A stretch of 64,000 nucleotides of DNA, from positions 207,640,001 through 207,704,000 of the forward strand of contig NC_086097.1 in assembly GCF_963921235.1 (NCBI RefSeq), written 5' to 3'. The stretch's first letter is position 1. Each line of letters starts with the position of its first letter. The position numbers were made by a program, and so were the translations under genes. Under the pieces are notes generated by a model that was not told the DNA's origin, searched no databases, and saw nothing but the letters and a program-made list of their open reading frames with translations. Shown here piece after piece: positions 13,421 through 26,626 of this stretch. This stretch comes from Mobula hypostoma. Lineage: Eukaryota.

Positions 13421-14154
13421 CACCCTCAACGTAAAGTATGGATCTATTTCTTTTAGAGCAATGACTCCCTTTAGCACTATGTGTGGACTGTTGTCTACGC
13501 AGGTGCATTGTTTTCTCCATCTCCCCTCTCTCCTCTCCTCATGAATTAACCAGTTAAAGCCATCTTGGATATGTGTGCTTTTATTTAATTGATATGTAGC
13601 TGCACAAGACACATAGCTCTCTAAATCAAAACTACCCAAATTCTTATTTAAATGTGTTTGTCTTTCTTATTCACATTTACCTTGGAATAATTAGTTCCTA
13701 ACCTTAGTCAGCACCTCTCAAGAAGGTCAAGTCACTACTTGTCTCACTAATTCATCAATTTTTTTCTGAATGTTTTATCTATGCAGATAAAGCAACCTCA
13801 TCGAAACATTCTACTATCTTTCTTTCATTAGACCTTATTTGCATCACCATCATAAGCTCCAGCTGAAGAATTTGTCTCCGTAGCTCTGCTGGTTTGATGC
13901 TATGGATCGTGCATCAGATCTATGATGCCAACTGATGCCCAAATGTACAATTATAGTGTGAACTGTGCCAATCATCAGACGGGGAGATGTGTAATCATAT
14001 GTAATGCAACCCCATAATGGAAGAGTACAGAAATAGCAGGTCTTCACATCAGTCAATGTGCCACACCATTACAAAATTAGAGCTGGAAGGCTGGAGTTCA
14101 ATACACCAGTTAGTGACCTTACAAAGCTGAACATGCTGTATATTAACAAACAGA

Positions 14155-15300
14155 AAGGTGACCAGGGGTGTGCCTCAGGGATCTGTTCTGGGACCCCTCA
14201 TCTTCAGGATTTTTTAAAATGACCTGGATGAGGAAGTGAGGGATTGGGTAGTAAATTTGCTGAAGACACAGAGGTTGGGGGTGTTGTGGAAAGTGTGGAG
14301 GGCTGTCAGGTGTTACAGCGAGACATCGATAGGATACAAAACTGGGCTGAGAAGTGGCAGATGGAGTTCAACCCAGATAAGTGTGAGGTGGTTCATTTTG
14401 GTAGGTCAAATACAATGGCAGAATATAGCATTAATGGTAAGACTTGGCAGTGTGGAGGATCAGAGGGATCTTGGGGTCCAAGTCCAAAGGACACTCAAAG
14501 CTGCTGCACAGGTTGACTCTGTGATTAAGAAGGCATACAGTGTATTGGCCTTTGTCAACCGTGGGATTGAGTTTAAGAGCCAAGAGGTACTGTTACAGCT
14601 TTATAGGACCCTGGTCAGACCCCAGTGCTCAGTTCTGGTCCCCTCACTACAGGGATGTGAAAACCATAGAAAGGGTGCAGAGGAGATTTACAAAGATGAT
14701 GCCTGGATTGGGAGCATGCCTTATGAGAATAGGTTGAGTGAACTGGGCCTTTTCTCCTTGGAGCAGCGGAGGATGAGAGGTGACCTGATAGAGTTGTATA
14801 AAATGATGAGAGGCATTGATCGTGTGGATAGTCAGAGGCTTTTTCCCAGGGCTGAAATGGCTAGCACAAGAGGGCAGAGTTTTAAGGTGCTTGGAAGTAG
14901 GTACAGAGGAAATTTCAAGGGATAGCTTTTTACCCAGAGATTGGTGAGTGCATGGAATGGATTGCTAGCCATGGTGGTGGAGGTGGATACAATAGGGTCT
15001 TTTAAGGGACTCCTAGGTAGATACATGGAGCTTAGAAATATAGAGGGCTCTTGTTTGTGATTGAAAGCACATTTAAGGGTAGCATTTGTTAATGTGATGA
15101 TGAACTATAATAGCCTATTATGCACAATACCTCATACAAGAGAATTACTCATATCCAGACAACAGTCAAGATACCTTAATTCTGAGTAATTCTGTCATCT
15201 CATTTGTCCTTGGTAATTTCTGAGGTAAGGACGTGTCCGGCACAGCTTTGTGGGCCGAAGGGCCTGTATTGTGCCGTAGGTTTTCAGTGTTTTTAGTTTC
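14155..15300 (+). mobile_element. CR1 LINE, 5'-truncated (RT + 3' UTR), carrying a 159-bp foreign insertion at 15048-15206
   Basis: [56 protein letters not shown] resumes at about 15212. Confidence 0.92.
15048..15206 (+). repeat. 159-bp direct duplicate of 16823-16981
   Basis: About 9 substitutions by eye, no indels. Confidence 0.93.
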
Positions 15301-15744
15301 TAGAAAAGACAATCCACTTAAAGGGATCGTTAACTACTTGAAGGCTAGTTACTGATTGATCTTCACCTGATTATTGCTGTAATTCTGCTAAGATATGTTA
15401 CTTTCTGGTGTCCTTTTACCAAAAAGCTACAACTAGTAGTATACGAATTACTGAAGGGTATTTTCCGAACTTCAACCGTCAATGCAGATCCCTTGCTTCT
15501 AGACATGGGGGAGCAGCACATGTGGAAGAATGAGTAGCAGCTAGAAAAGAGAAAAGCAGAGTTTCCTAGAGAGGTACATCCTTCAGGAAACAACTCTCCT
15601 CCTTGAAAATCCCCTGTGTGTCAAGTGTCTGTATTTCAGAAAATACATGCTCACCGCAGATGGAATTTCGAACAGAGCAAAGGATTAGTCAGTAGCTACC
15701 TTGGCAGCCTTGGGTCATAAACCTTTAGATATGAGTTCATTCCA

Positions 15745-16630
15745 GACTGCAGCCTCACAATGTTCGCCCAAGTGATGATATCGACACCTATTCTAAGAGA
15801 CAGAGGTTTGTGCTCCCGGTGCGGCCTTCTATATATTGGTGAGACCTGACGTAGACTGGGAGACCGTTTCGCTGAACACCTACGCCCTTTCTGCCAGAGA
15901 AAGCAGGATCTCCCAGTGACCACACATTTTAATTCCATGTCCCATTTCCATTCTGATATGTCAATCCATGGCCTCCTCTACTGTCAAGATGAAGCCACAC
16001 TTAGGTTGGAGGAACAACACCTTATGTTCCGTCTGGGTAGCCTCCAACCCGATGGCATGAACATTAATTTTTCTAAGTTCTGTTAATGCCCCTCCTCCCC
16101 TTCTTACCCTAAACTTACTTACTTACTTACTTACTTACTCACTTTATTTATCTATTTATCTATCTATCTAGCTATTTATTTATTTATTTATTTATTTATT
16201 TATGTGTTTGTTTATTTATTTATTCATTTATTCATTCTTTTTTCTCTCTCTCTCTCTGTCCCTCTCACAATAACTCCTTTCTTGCTCTCCATCTTCCCCT
16301 GGTGCTCCCCTCCTCCTTTCTTTCTCCCCAGGCCTCCCATCCTATGATCCTCTCCGTTCTCCAGCTCTGTATCCCTTTTGCCAATCAACTTTTCGGCTCT
16401 TAGCCTCATCCCTCCCCTCCTGTCTTCTCCTATCATTTCGGATCTCCCCCCACCACCCCGCCACTTTCAAATCTCTTACTATCTCTTCTTTCAGTTAGTC
16501 CTGATGAAGGGTCTCGGCCCAAAACATCGACTGTACTTCTTTCTATAGATGTTGCCTGGCCTGCTGCATTCCACCGGCATTTTGTGTGTATTGCTTGAAT
16601 TTCCAGCATCTGCAGATTTCCTTGTGTGTA
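15745..16630 (+). mobile_element. Penelope-like element 3' fragment (GIY-YIG remnant, microsatellite-expanded UTR, hammerhead remnant)
   Basis: CSRCGLLYIGET*RRLGDRFAEH; similar to 55425-56098; CTGATGA at 16501. Confidence 0.92.
16113..16230. repeat. (ACTT)n/(TCTA)n/(TTTA)n tetranucleotide array inside the Penelope UTR
   Basis: Directly visible. Confidence 0.9.
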
Positions 16631-16713
16631 GGTTTGTTTCATTCATTTTCTGTAGAGCACTGCAGGCTGAGTGAGCTCATGGCTTTGTGGGGTTGCTGGG
16701 TTTCTCACAGGAA

Positions 16714-16835
16714 TGATGAAGGGTCTTAGCCCGAAACATCGACTATTCACACTCTTCCATAGATGCTGCCTGGCCTGCTGAGTTTGTGGGTGTTGCCTGG
16801 ATTTCCAGCATCTGCAGAATTTCTCTTGTTTGTGA
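16714..16835 (+). mobile_element. Short Penelope 3'-terminal fragment starting at the hammerhead core
   Basis: TGATGAAGGGTCTTAGCCCGAAACATCGACT..AGATGCTGCCTGGCCTGCTG..TTTCCAGCATCTGCAGA. Confidence 0.85.
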
Positions 16836-17019
16836 TTGATAGCATATTTAAGGGTAGCACATGTTAATTTGGTGATGAACTATAATAGCCTATTATGCAC
16901 AATACCTCATACGAGAGAATTGCTAATATCCAGACAACAGTCAAGATACCTTAATTCTGAGTAATTCTGTCATCTCATTTGCTTCTGAGCCACTATAGCA
17001 AAGCTAATAGTTCTTGCTG

Positions 17020-18200
17020 GTTCCACTCTCACCATTGTCTTAAATGGACATTGTAACAGGAAACTTTTAAAAAAGATTACTATATAAAAAAAAGTGGAAA
17101 ACATTAGATATATCAGTAGCCTTAAATATGGATAAATAGTCAGGGCCTGATGAGATGAATCCCAGGCTGCTATGAATGGTGTGACCAGGTTGCTTGCACC
17201 CTGACAGAAATTTGACACGGGAAGTCTGTGACCCGTGATTTACTGCAGGGATCAGTGTTGGCATTGTTAGTGTTTATTATATAGGATAACAATCTGGATG
17301 TGAATGTAGGAGGTATGATTAATAAATCTGATGATGACACAAAACCTGGTAGTATTGCTAATAGAGTGGAAGGTCAGCCTTAGGCCACAAACTGATATTG
17401 ACCATGTGGTAATACGGACAGTAAAATGCCAGATCGGAGCTAAGCTGAAAAATGTGAGGTAATGCATTTTGTTGAAGTAACAGGCTGACATCTACACAAT
17501 GAATGGTAGGATCCTAGGAAGTACAGAGAACTGAGGCACCTGGTCTACACATCTCAGGATCCCCGAAAATGGCAATGCAGCTGGGTGGTTAAGAAGGCAA
17601 ACACGATACCTGCGTTCATTAGCAGGTGCAAGGACTACCAGTGGAGAGAAGTTATAGTACAAATACATGAAGGCTATAATTGAAGTATTGTGAACAGTCC
17701 TGGTTGCTATAATATGGAGAGGATGTTATTGCACTAGAGAGTGTGTGGAGAAGATTCACCAGGATATTACTTGGAATGGATCTTTTCAGCTCTAAGGAGA
17801 GACTCAATAGGCTGGGTTTGTTTTCCTTCGAGCAGAGATGTATTGACAGAAGACTTGATTGAGATACTCTGTATAAACAGAGAGGCACAGATAGGGTATA
17901 TAACAAGAAATGTTTTCCTTTACTGGAGGTATTTATGAACGGAATGCATAGATTTAAGGTAAGGAGTAAGGGATTTTGAAAGGACTTGAAGAAGTGTTTT
18001 TTTTATCCAGAGAGTGGTGGACCCTATGAGCTCAATAAGTCAGAGTCAGATGGCAGTATTTAGGAGAATATATGAAATGCCATAGCAAAGATAGCTAAGG
18101 GCAGAATGCTAGAAAATGTAATAACTGTAGATAGATCCTTGATGGCAGACATAGACAAGGAGTGTTGAAAGATCTGCTCGATGTTTTTTAGCTCTATGAC
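17020..18200 (+). mobile_element. Old, deleted CR1 LINE
   Basis: Decayed DK..GPD..PR, QGSVL, K.DDDTK, KCEVMHF, LE.V.RRFTR; CTATGACTTTATG tail. Confidence 0.8.
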
Positions 18201-19034
18201 TTTATGCCCATTGCCTTGAACAGTCTGTCCTGCTCCTTTCATTCCTCCCACGCTCACTCATTGGCCCCCTCTTGCCATTCTTTTGAAAGTCCTCTCTAGC
18301 TCTTTCCACCCTTCCCATTCTCAGTCACTAGCTGTCCTCTCCTCATTCTCTTGGGTCTCATCTTCTTCTCCTTCCATCTCTGATGCTCTTGGTTGTTTTA
18401 GTATCACAGATCTTCAGTCAATGGAAATGTAGTGTGTTGTGAATGAAGCATGCAGAATCAGTAGATTGATTTCAAATAACTTATGTGGTACTTAACCCTC
18501 TGTGGTCTTAAATTTTTCACCAAAGTTCCTGAAAAAAAATATCCATTGGGAGGTTAGAAATTAATAGAGATTATGTTGGTCACAACCTAGAAAATGTACT
18601 TCAAATTCATAAAAATATTATCAAGTAATATCAGGACATTATCTAAAATATTGTTAAATATTTGTCCAAAACAATCCAATTGATCACAAACTTATTTAAT
18701 ATATTTACTTTACTTAATTCCATGCATTGATTATGTGGCAAACAATTTTTAGTATCTGGAGGTTTAGATATCACTATCTTTTATCTGAGTAAATGAGGAT
18801 TAATATATTTCATTGCAAAATAATAAAGTAGCAACTCAGCATAAAGTAAGTGCACAATAAATCATGTTTTAGTTTTGTACTATCGAGCAGCACTTGGAGA
18901 AATACTGTAGACACATCATGAATTTTACATCGCCCATTGAATTTTACATTATTAAAGTCAATAATTGTGAAGACTGCATTAAAATCAGTTAACTGTGGTT
19001 GATGGTTGATGGAGGAAAGATTTTACCTTTAATA

Positions 19035-20810
19035 TGAAAGTTCAAAGTAATTTTATTATCAAAGTACATAACTGTCAGCATTCACAACACTGAGATTCAT
19101 GTTCTTGCAGACGTACTCAGTAAATCCATACTAGAATAATAACCATAATAGAATCAATGAAAGACCACACCAACCTCGGCATTCAACCAGTGTGCAAAAG
19201 ACAACAAAGTGTGCAAATACAAAGGGAATATAATAATAATAAATAATTAAGCAATAAATATCGAGAACAGGAGGTGAAGAGTCCTTGAACGTGAGTTGTG
19301 GGAACATATCAGTGATGGGGCAAGGGAAGCTGAGTAAAGTTATCACCTTTGACTCAAGAGCCTGATGGTATGTGTCCTGAGGCTTCTGTATCTTCTTCTT
19401 GATGGCAACAGTGATGAGAGAGCATGTTCTGGGTGGTGGGAGTTCCCTGGTGATGCATGCTGCTTTCCTGCAACGATTCTTCATGTAGATGTTCTCAATG
19501 GTGGGGAGGGCTTTACCCATGATGTACTGGGCTGAATCCACCACCTTTTGTAGGATTTTCCATTCAAGAACATTGGTGTTTCCATACCAGGCTGTGATGC
19601 AGCCGGTCAATATACTCTCCACAACACATCTATAGAAGTTTGTCAAAGTTATACATGTCATGCTGAATTTTTGCCAGCCCCTAAGGAAGTAGAGGTGTTG
19701 TCATACTTTCTTTGTAATTGCACTTTCATGCTTGGCCCAGGACAGGTCCTCTGAAATAATAACACTGAAAAAATTAAAGTTGCTGACCCTCTCCACCTCT
19801 AATCTTCCGATGAGGACTGGCTCATGGACCTTTGGTTTCTTTCTCTTGAAGTCAATAATCAGCTTCTTGGTCTTACTGATATTGGTTGTTGTTAAGGAAC
19901 CATTCAGTCAGATTTTCAATCTCCCTCATATACGTTGATTTGTCACCACCTGTGATTGGGCTTACGGCAACGGTGTCATCAGCAAACTTGAATATGGCAT
20001 TGGGCTGAGCTTAGCCGCACAGTCGTAAATGTAAAGTGAGAAGAGCAGCGGGATAAGCATGCAGCCTTGTGGTGCACCTGAGCTACTGGAGATCGTAGAG
20101 GAGATGATGTTGCCAATCCAATCTGACTGGGGTCTGCAGGTGAAGAAATCGAGGATCCATTTGCACCAAGAGTTATTGAGGCCAAGGTCTTGGAGTATGT
20201 AGATTAGTTTTGAGGGGATGATGGTATTGAATGCAAAGCTGTATTCAATAAATTTGCTGTCCAGATGTTTCAGGGTTGGGTGAAGAGCTAATAAGATGGC
20301 ATTTGCTGTGGACTTGTTGCAATGGTAGGCAAACTGGAGCGGATCCAAGTCATTTATCAGGCAGGAGATGATATGGTTAATCACAAACTTCTCAAAACAT
20401 TTTATCACGGTGAACATAAGTGCTACTAGACAATAATCATTGAGGCAGGTCACGACAGTATAATTGAAGCCTGCTTGAAGCGGGTGGGTACCTCAGGCTG
20501 CCAAAGCGAGAAGTTAAGGATCTCAGTGAACACTCCAGCCAGTTGATCAGCACAGATCTTCAGTACTTGGCCAGGTACCCCATCTGGGCCAAATGCTTTT
20601 CATGGGTTCACCCTCCTGAAGGGGTATGTGGGAAGTCTTGGTGGTTTTTCCATGTTTTGATGGACAAAGCAAACATAGAAGGCATTGAACTCATCTGGAA
20701 GTGAAGCCCTGTTGTCGCCTCTGTCACTTAATTTAACTTTATGAAGTGATAGTAATCAAGCCCTGCCACAACTGTCAAGCATCCTTTACTGATTGAAGTT
20801 TAGTCAGGAG
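19035..20810 (-). mobile_element. Rex1/Babar-like LINE (RT + C-terminal domain + 3' UTR)
   Basis: CLNDY..VAL....KCFEK, DPLQFAY..N.ST, AFNTIIP, GAPQGC.L.PLLFSLY (19962-20453); FYRC.VESILTGCITAWYG (19131-19661); TTTGAACTTT tail. Confidence 0.9.
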
Positions 20811-21607
20811 TTGCCTTGTACCATGAGGTTAGCTACTACTACATTTCCATGATTATGATATTATCTAACAAACATTTTTCGATATCATGATCATGGAAAT
20901 GCAGTAATTAATAAGATCATAATATATTCTCTATCATATCACTCTCCCCACTCCTTGTGTCCTGCCAAATGAATAATGTGTTTATAAATATGAACTCATG
21001 AAACAAATATACTGTGAAATATCCTATGGACTTTCAGACAGCTTTACTGTTAGGGCATCATTCTAAACTGTGGCCCTTTGCAGAAACTACCTCTGAAGAT
21101 ATTTAATGATGTATGGAATAACCTGTGTAGTACATGAGGAGCTTTTCAACCGCAAGTTAGAATGAGATGATTTTCAATCAACTGCATGGTCGTGCAGGCA
21201 AACTAGTTTGCCAGGTTAGGAAAATTGGATCTAATTATTTTATTCATTTACAAACATTAGTATCAATGTCCTCTACCTCCTCATAAGTTTGAGGAATATT
21301 TTAAAATAAACGCATGAACAATTTTTGAAGTAGCAGATGAAAAAACACGAGGGCACATTTCCCTCAGGTTCTAAGATTGTTGTGTACAAATGGGCCATTC
21401 ATTTCACTGTGTCTCAGGACATTGTCTTGTCTCTGGAACATGATTCCCAGCTCATTGGTGAAGATCAGTATAATATACTGTATCAAAGGGCCTTTCCCAA
21501 AGCAAGTGACCGACTGAACTAACAAAACAGTGAGACCCTAACTCAAGCATCAGCAATTGCCAAATTTTCAATATTATTGAATATCTCTGACTATCATCAC
21601 CTTTCAC

Positions 21608-22680
21608 AATTCAGTTCAATTGATGTTTAACTGTCATTTAACCATCCATGAATACTCAAACGAGACAGAGTTACTACGGGGTCAAGGTGCGAAGACGCAA
21701 CATTAACAGTCACACACAGTAAACACACACGAGGTCACAATCACGAGTCCCGAGGCCCATCTCCCCCTCCCCCAATGACAGCACAGATTGATGCACAGTC
21801 CCTGCACATACAAGTCAACAAACCCATATAGAATATTATTAAAATACAATGATGCTGAATCTGCACATATGTATGTCTGTGTATGTGTGTGTGTATATAT
21901 ATATATAGTCCAGATCCCCAGCCCACTGTTGACTGGACCCCAATGCACACTAGGCAAACCGGTGGCTTTGAGGCACAGTCCTGACATATATAAGCATATT
22001 TAGAATATTAGTAAAAACACAACCAGACAAATATATATGTATATAGTCCAGCCACCTCAGTTCGTTTTAAGTCTTCAGTCACCACAATTGCACTACGCTG
22101 CCCCCAATAGAGCGCAATGGCTCGGAGTCCATTGTGTGCCGCTAAAATATCAGCCGTCGGCCACAACAGAGCTTGTCTTCTGCTGAGCGAAATTCTGGGA
22201 GGGCAGCTCCAACTCGATGCTGGACACTGAGCCACACCTCCTCCGATGAAATGCAATGGCTTCATCCTCTCTCTACAGGCAGCTGCAAGCAGGCGACACT
22301 GCAGCTTCAGGCCTAGTCCTCACTACAGCTGAGGTCTAGGCTGCCTCCACCCAGCACCGCTCACATCCAATAAATCAGCAAATCGAACTTGCAGCGTACC
22401 AAATTAATAATGTTCAAACGAGCCTTACGATCACAAGAAAAATGACCATGATGGCCACTTACTATTTGACTGTTAGCCTCCATTGACTAAGGCAACAGCA
22501 CCTTGCACAGCTCCTTCATTATCTCCACCAGCGAGCAACTCTCTGTTGGTGTAGTACCTTGAGTTCTAAACATATAGCAAGATCTTTCAATCATTAGACG
22601 TATGTTTTAAGTAGAACGGTAGCATCTTTTGTTGACCCTATAGAAGCAGTTGCAACCAGTCATGCCACTATCTTGCAGGA
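21608..22680 (-). mobile_element. Non-coding interspersed retroposon-like repeat (AAGATAGTGGC start, TTGAA-type tail)
   Basis: Same layout as 38771-39454: GC-richer body, AAGATGGCG-like 5' end, short-repeat tail; no coding motifs. Confidence 0.45.
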
Positions 22681-23029
22681 GGAGCATTCAAAGTCATTTG
22701 GGTGCTGTTAAAAATAATAATGTTAAAAGAATTAAAACTATTACAAGACTCAAAAGATTGAAAGACAATCAGTCATAATTAAAATCTACCAAAAACATTT
22801 AATTTAATCAAATAAAACAAAGCTTCTCTTGATTATTTTTCAAACAACTGTTTGCTCTTAACTGTTTGCTCTTGTCTGTCTTATTGAGATAAAACACAAG
22901 AGCACAATAACACAAGTGAAGCAGATGGGCACTTGATCTCTCAATCCTGCCTTTGCCATTCAAAATAATCTTGGCTAGCTGATCTGCCCTACCACTCAAC
23001 TTCTGTTTTCAAACTTTAGAAAATCATTA

Positions 23030-23410
23030 TCACCATCATCATCCTTATTTTGTGCCATGTCATATGACTGGTGATTTTGCTCTGTCTGTGACCATGACTC
23101 TTCTTGACAAATTTACCTGTGAAAGCCATTGCTTTCCTCTGCGCAGTGTTTTTACAAGATGGGCGACCCCAGCCATTATCAATACTCTTCAGAGATTGTC
23201 TACCTTGTGCCAATGGTTGCATAACCGGGATTTATGATATGCACCTGCTGATCAAAAGACCATCCCTGTGATCATATATGCTCCCATGTCTTCACACGAT
23301 CCTGATCAGAGGACTAAGCAGGTCCATGCTCAATGGTGACCTGAAGGCTAGTGGAGGGAAAGAGTGCCTTACAACTCCTTTAGTAAAATTGTATCTCCAG
23401 CGGACCACCC
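23030..23410 (-). mobile_element. SINE-like element with an RTE-type 3' end
   Basis: Minus strand GAAAGCAATGGC resembles the BovB/RTE 3' motif GAAGGCAATGGC; (GAT)n tail. Confidence 0.55.
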
Positions 23411-23451
23411 AAAAATTCACTGTCGTAATGTCATGTTTAGATAAAACAAAT

Positions 23452-25711
23452 AGCTTAGATGCTGAGAAGGCATTTCATAGGATGGATTGGATATACTTAG
23501 ACTATACCTTAGAAAAAAATGGTTTTTAATGCAACATTTCGAAATTGGATAAAGACACTGAATAAAGATCTAATTTCCAGGGTTAGAGTAAATGGATGCT
23601 GTTCCAATTTCTTCAGGCTCAAAAGGGGAACCAGACAGGGGAGTCCCCTATCCCTGATATTATTTGCCTTAAGCATCGAACCACTGGCTGAGTTAATAAG
23701 ACATAATGAACAAATTGAGGGCACAACAGATAAAGGAGGTATAACAGGTAAGATAGCTTTATTTGCAGATGACATTCTTCTCTTTATAAAGAATCCTCTT
23801 TCATCAGTATCCCCGCTTATGCAATGTTTGAGAAGCTATGAAGAGGTCTCTGGATACAAAGTTAACAAAGCGAAATCTGAAGCTATGATGATTACAGGGA
23901 CCTGGCCAAGCCAGCTGGATGATGAAGTGACTTTTCATTGGCCACAACAGGACTTTAGATATTTGGGGGTTAGTTTGCATCATAGTTCCTCTCAGCTCTT
24001 TGCAGCCAATTATGTTAAACTTATTAATCAAGTGGGAGAGATCTTGAACATTGGGAGATGCTTCCTTTATCACTGATAGGTAGAGTAGAAGTGATCGGGC
24101 TGAATATTTTGCCCTGGTTTCTTTTTCTTTTCAGTGCTCTACCCATAATAGTTCCTATATCTACTTTTAAAATGTTGGATAGACTTATCAGTAGGCTTAT
24201 ATGGCAGAAGAAGAGGCCCAGGGTGAGACTAAAAGTGTTATACTCAAATAAAAAACAGGGAGGTTTAACTTTACTTCATTTAAAGACCTATTATTGAGTT
24301 GCCCAATTGAGAACAATTGTGTCATGGATTCGAGAAGATGTGGATTCAAGGTGGGTTCACACAGAGCAAAATTCAATTGGTGAGTTATCTTTAGCAGCTC
24401 TTCCCTTTTTAAATCCAAATGTGTGGAAGAATGAATGGGTTAGCTATACATTGAAAGTATGGGATAGAATTACGAAAAAATTAGATCTTCCAAGGACTAT
24501 ACCAAGGACAACCAGAATTGCATTCTTTTCAGATTTTATTCCAGCAAGAGTGGATTCTGGTTATAACAGGTGGGTGCAAAGAGGCTTTGTTCTTGTGGAC
24601 CAAATGTTCGATGGTGAGGTGCTCAAATCTTTCCCCCAACTCCAAATTGAATTTGACCTTGTATCAAATGACTTTTATGGATTCCTCCAAATTAAACATT
24701 ACCTTACATCACACAAAGAATGGAACAATCTTAAAATACAGCCAAATAGAGATCATCATGGGTAGGACACAACCCCAGAAAATTGTATCTTGTCTGTATA
24801 AAAAAATACACCGTGATGCAATGGATAACGTTAGATGTTAAACATAAGTGGGACTTGGAGGTAAATACCATAATAGAAGAGGAAGAGTGGGGGAGGTCTT
24901 GAGAGTCATGCCATAAATGCTTGAATAGTCCCAATTGGAGGGAGTTTGCTTGGAAAATAAGGATGAGGTACTTTAAAACCCCGTTAGTAGTATCATTATA
25001 CACAGAAAAAAAAAACAGCAGACTTTGCTGGAGAGGCTGTGGCCTAGTGGGAGATTTTGCACATATATTCTGGGACTGTTCCAAATTAAGGGAATTTTGG
25101 TACAAGTTCACCGAGGAAATAAGAAGGAATTTAGATATAAGTATACCCTATGAACCTAGTCATTTAATTTTAGGCAACCTCCTGCAATCTGCATTACAGA
25201 AGAATAAACAATACATGTTCAGAGTCTTGCTTCTGATTGCTCATAAAATGATAACTGTCAACTGGCTTAAATCTCACCCACCCACTTTGGAACAATGGAT
25301 ACAGAGATTGAAAGAAGTGAACTGTTTGGAAAACATCACTGCAAGTTTACAACTGAAAATGGACTCTTACTTGGAAAGATGGAACTCTGTTATAGTGTAC
25401 CTGACACAGAGAAAGACCCATACAGGGGCCTGGTAAAATGTAGGACTTGAGTTGATTTACTGAGGACTGTGATTTTATTTAAAATAGATGTAAATCTACA
25501 TTGAGGGATGATGTAAGTATGTAGATCATGTGTGTGTTTGTGTTTGTATGTAAGTGTATGTATGTGCTCTTTGTTTCTTCTTTCTCTTGCTCCTACTCTC
25601 TTCTACCCCTAGTATTGTTAATATAGGTATTTACCATTGTGCAGTGAGCTGTGGACTGATAGCTGATGCTTGTTTGTAGATATATGTTTGTTCTAATAAA
25701 GTTAAAAAAAA
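23452..25711 (+). mobile_element. L1-clade LINE, 5'-truncated ORF2 (RT + CCHC domain), 3' UTR, poly(A)
   Basis: SLDAEKAF, RGTRQGSPLS, ALFADDILL, FRYLGV, CWRGC..AHIFWDC; AATAAA 25695-25700 + A-run; TSD AAAACAAAT at 23443-23451 and 25708-25716; several frameshifts. Confidence 0.93.
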
Positions 25712-25859
25712 CAAATGTGTCTTATCCAGAAGGATCAGATTAATTCAGATGTGCAAGTAGATGAAAATAGACTGCAGTCAGTGAAAGAGAAAGGTGAGGT
25801 ATTGATCACAGCCTGGAAAGCTGAGAACTTTGCTAAGTTCAAATAGTTCAGTATCAATA

Positions 25860-26270
25860 TGCACTTCCTCATTCCTAGAAGCCACCTCTCAGCAAAGGTC
25901 ATTATCATGAAGAATATTCACTACAGTCTTAAATGTGCCAGCCCAACCTTTGGGCAACTATGTAAGAGAGTTTCAAGTTCAAGACTTCAAGCCTGGAGAA
26001 AAAAAACTTATATTCTACTAAACAACTGTGGCTCCTGTCCTTCCTTATACATCTGAAATCTGTACTACCTGTAGCAAGCATTGCAAAGTACTGAAGATAT
26101 ATCACCTCGAATGTCTCCAGGAATAATCTCAAATCCACTAGAAGAATAAGTAAACCAAAGTTAGTGTTCTCTTCTGGGCCAACACCCCCAAAAATGAGGC
26201 CCTGGTTCCACTTAGTCATCTCTGTGGGGCAGGTCATTATCAACTCCATACTTGATACCTAACTCCTAAA
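25860..26270 (+). mobile_element. RTE-clade LINE remnant
   Basis: SHLS.K...ASPTFGQLCKRV matches the RTE LGS.LS..EI..R...AS.AFG.L..RV pattern. Confidence 0.65.
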
Positions 26271-26304
26271 TAGAAACTATTCCAACTATGTCACAGATTG
26301 CATC

Positions 26305-26626
26305 ATGGATATTTTCAAAAGGCAATGCCTCAAGAAGGCGACATCCATCATTTAGTCCCTATACCATCCAGGAATTGACTTCTCATTACCAAGGTGCAGG
26401 AATCTGAAGACATACACTGAGTGTTTTAAGATGGATTTCTTCCATAGAACCATAGAACCATAGAAACTACAGCACAGAAACAGGCCTTTTGGCCCTTCTT
26501 GGCTGTGCCGAACCATTTTCTGCCTAGTCCCCTTCCATCATCAAATTTTTTGAACAATCCATGAAAGATACCTGACTATTTTGCTCTCCTTTGGAACTAC
26601 TTAATTAATTTTTATAATTTTTATGT
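26305..26626 (+). mobile_element. Rex1/Babar-like 3' end hosting two CR1 insertions (resumes 28477-28595)
   Basis: TGCCTCAAGAAGGC..CATCCATCAT motif shared with 41920-41970; AAACTTGATTCTGATT tail at about 28575-28590. Confidence 0.7.
26442..26531 (-). mobile_element. Short CR1 3' tail, inverted relative to the neighbouring CR1
   Basis: Reverse complement of 28387-28451 (1 mismatch seen) plus a (CCATAGAA)3 tail. Confidence 0.9.

Noticed and set aside
23330..23410. Possible ribozyme at the 5' end of the RTE-tailed SINE
   Set aside because: A P1-like pairing is conceivable but I could not place P2/P3/L3.
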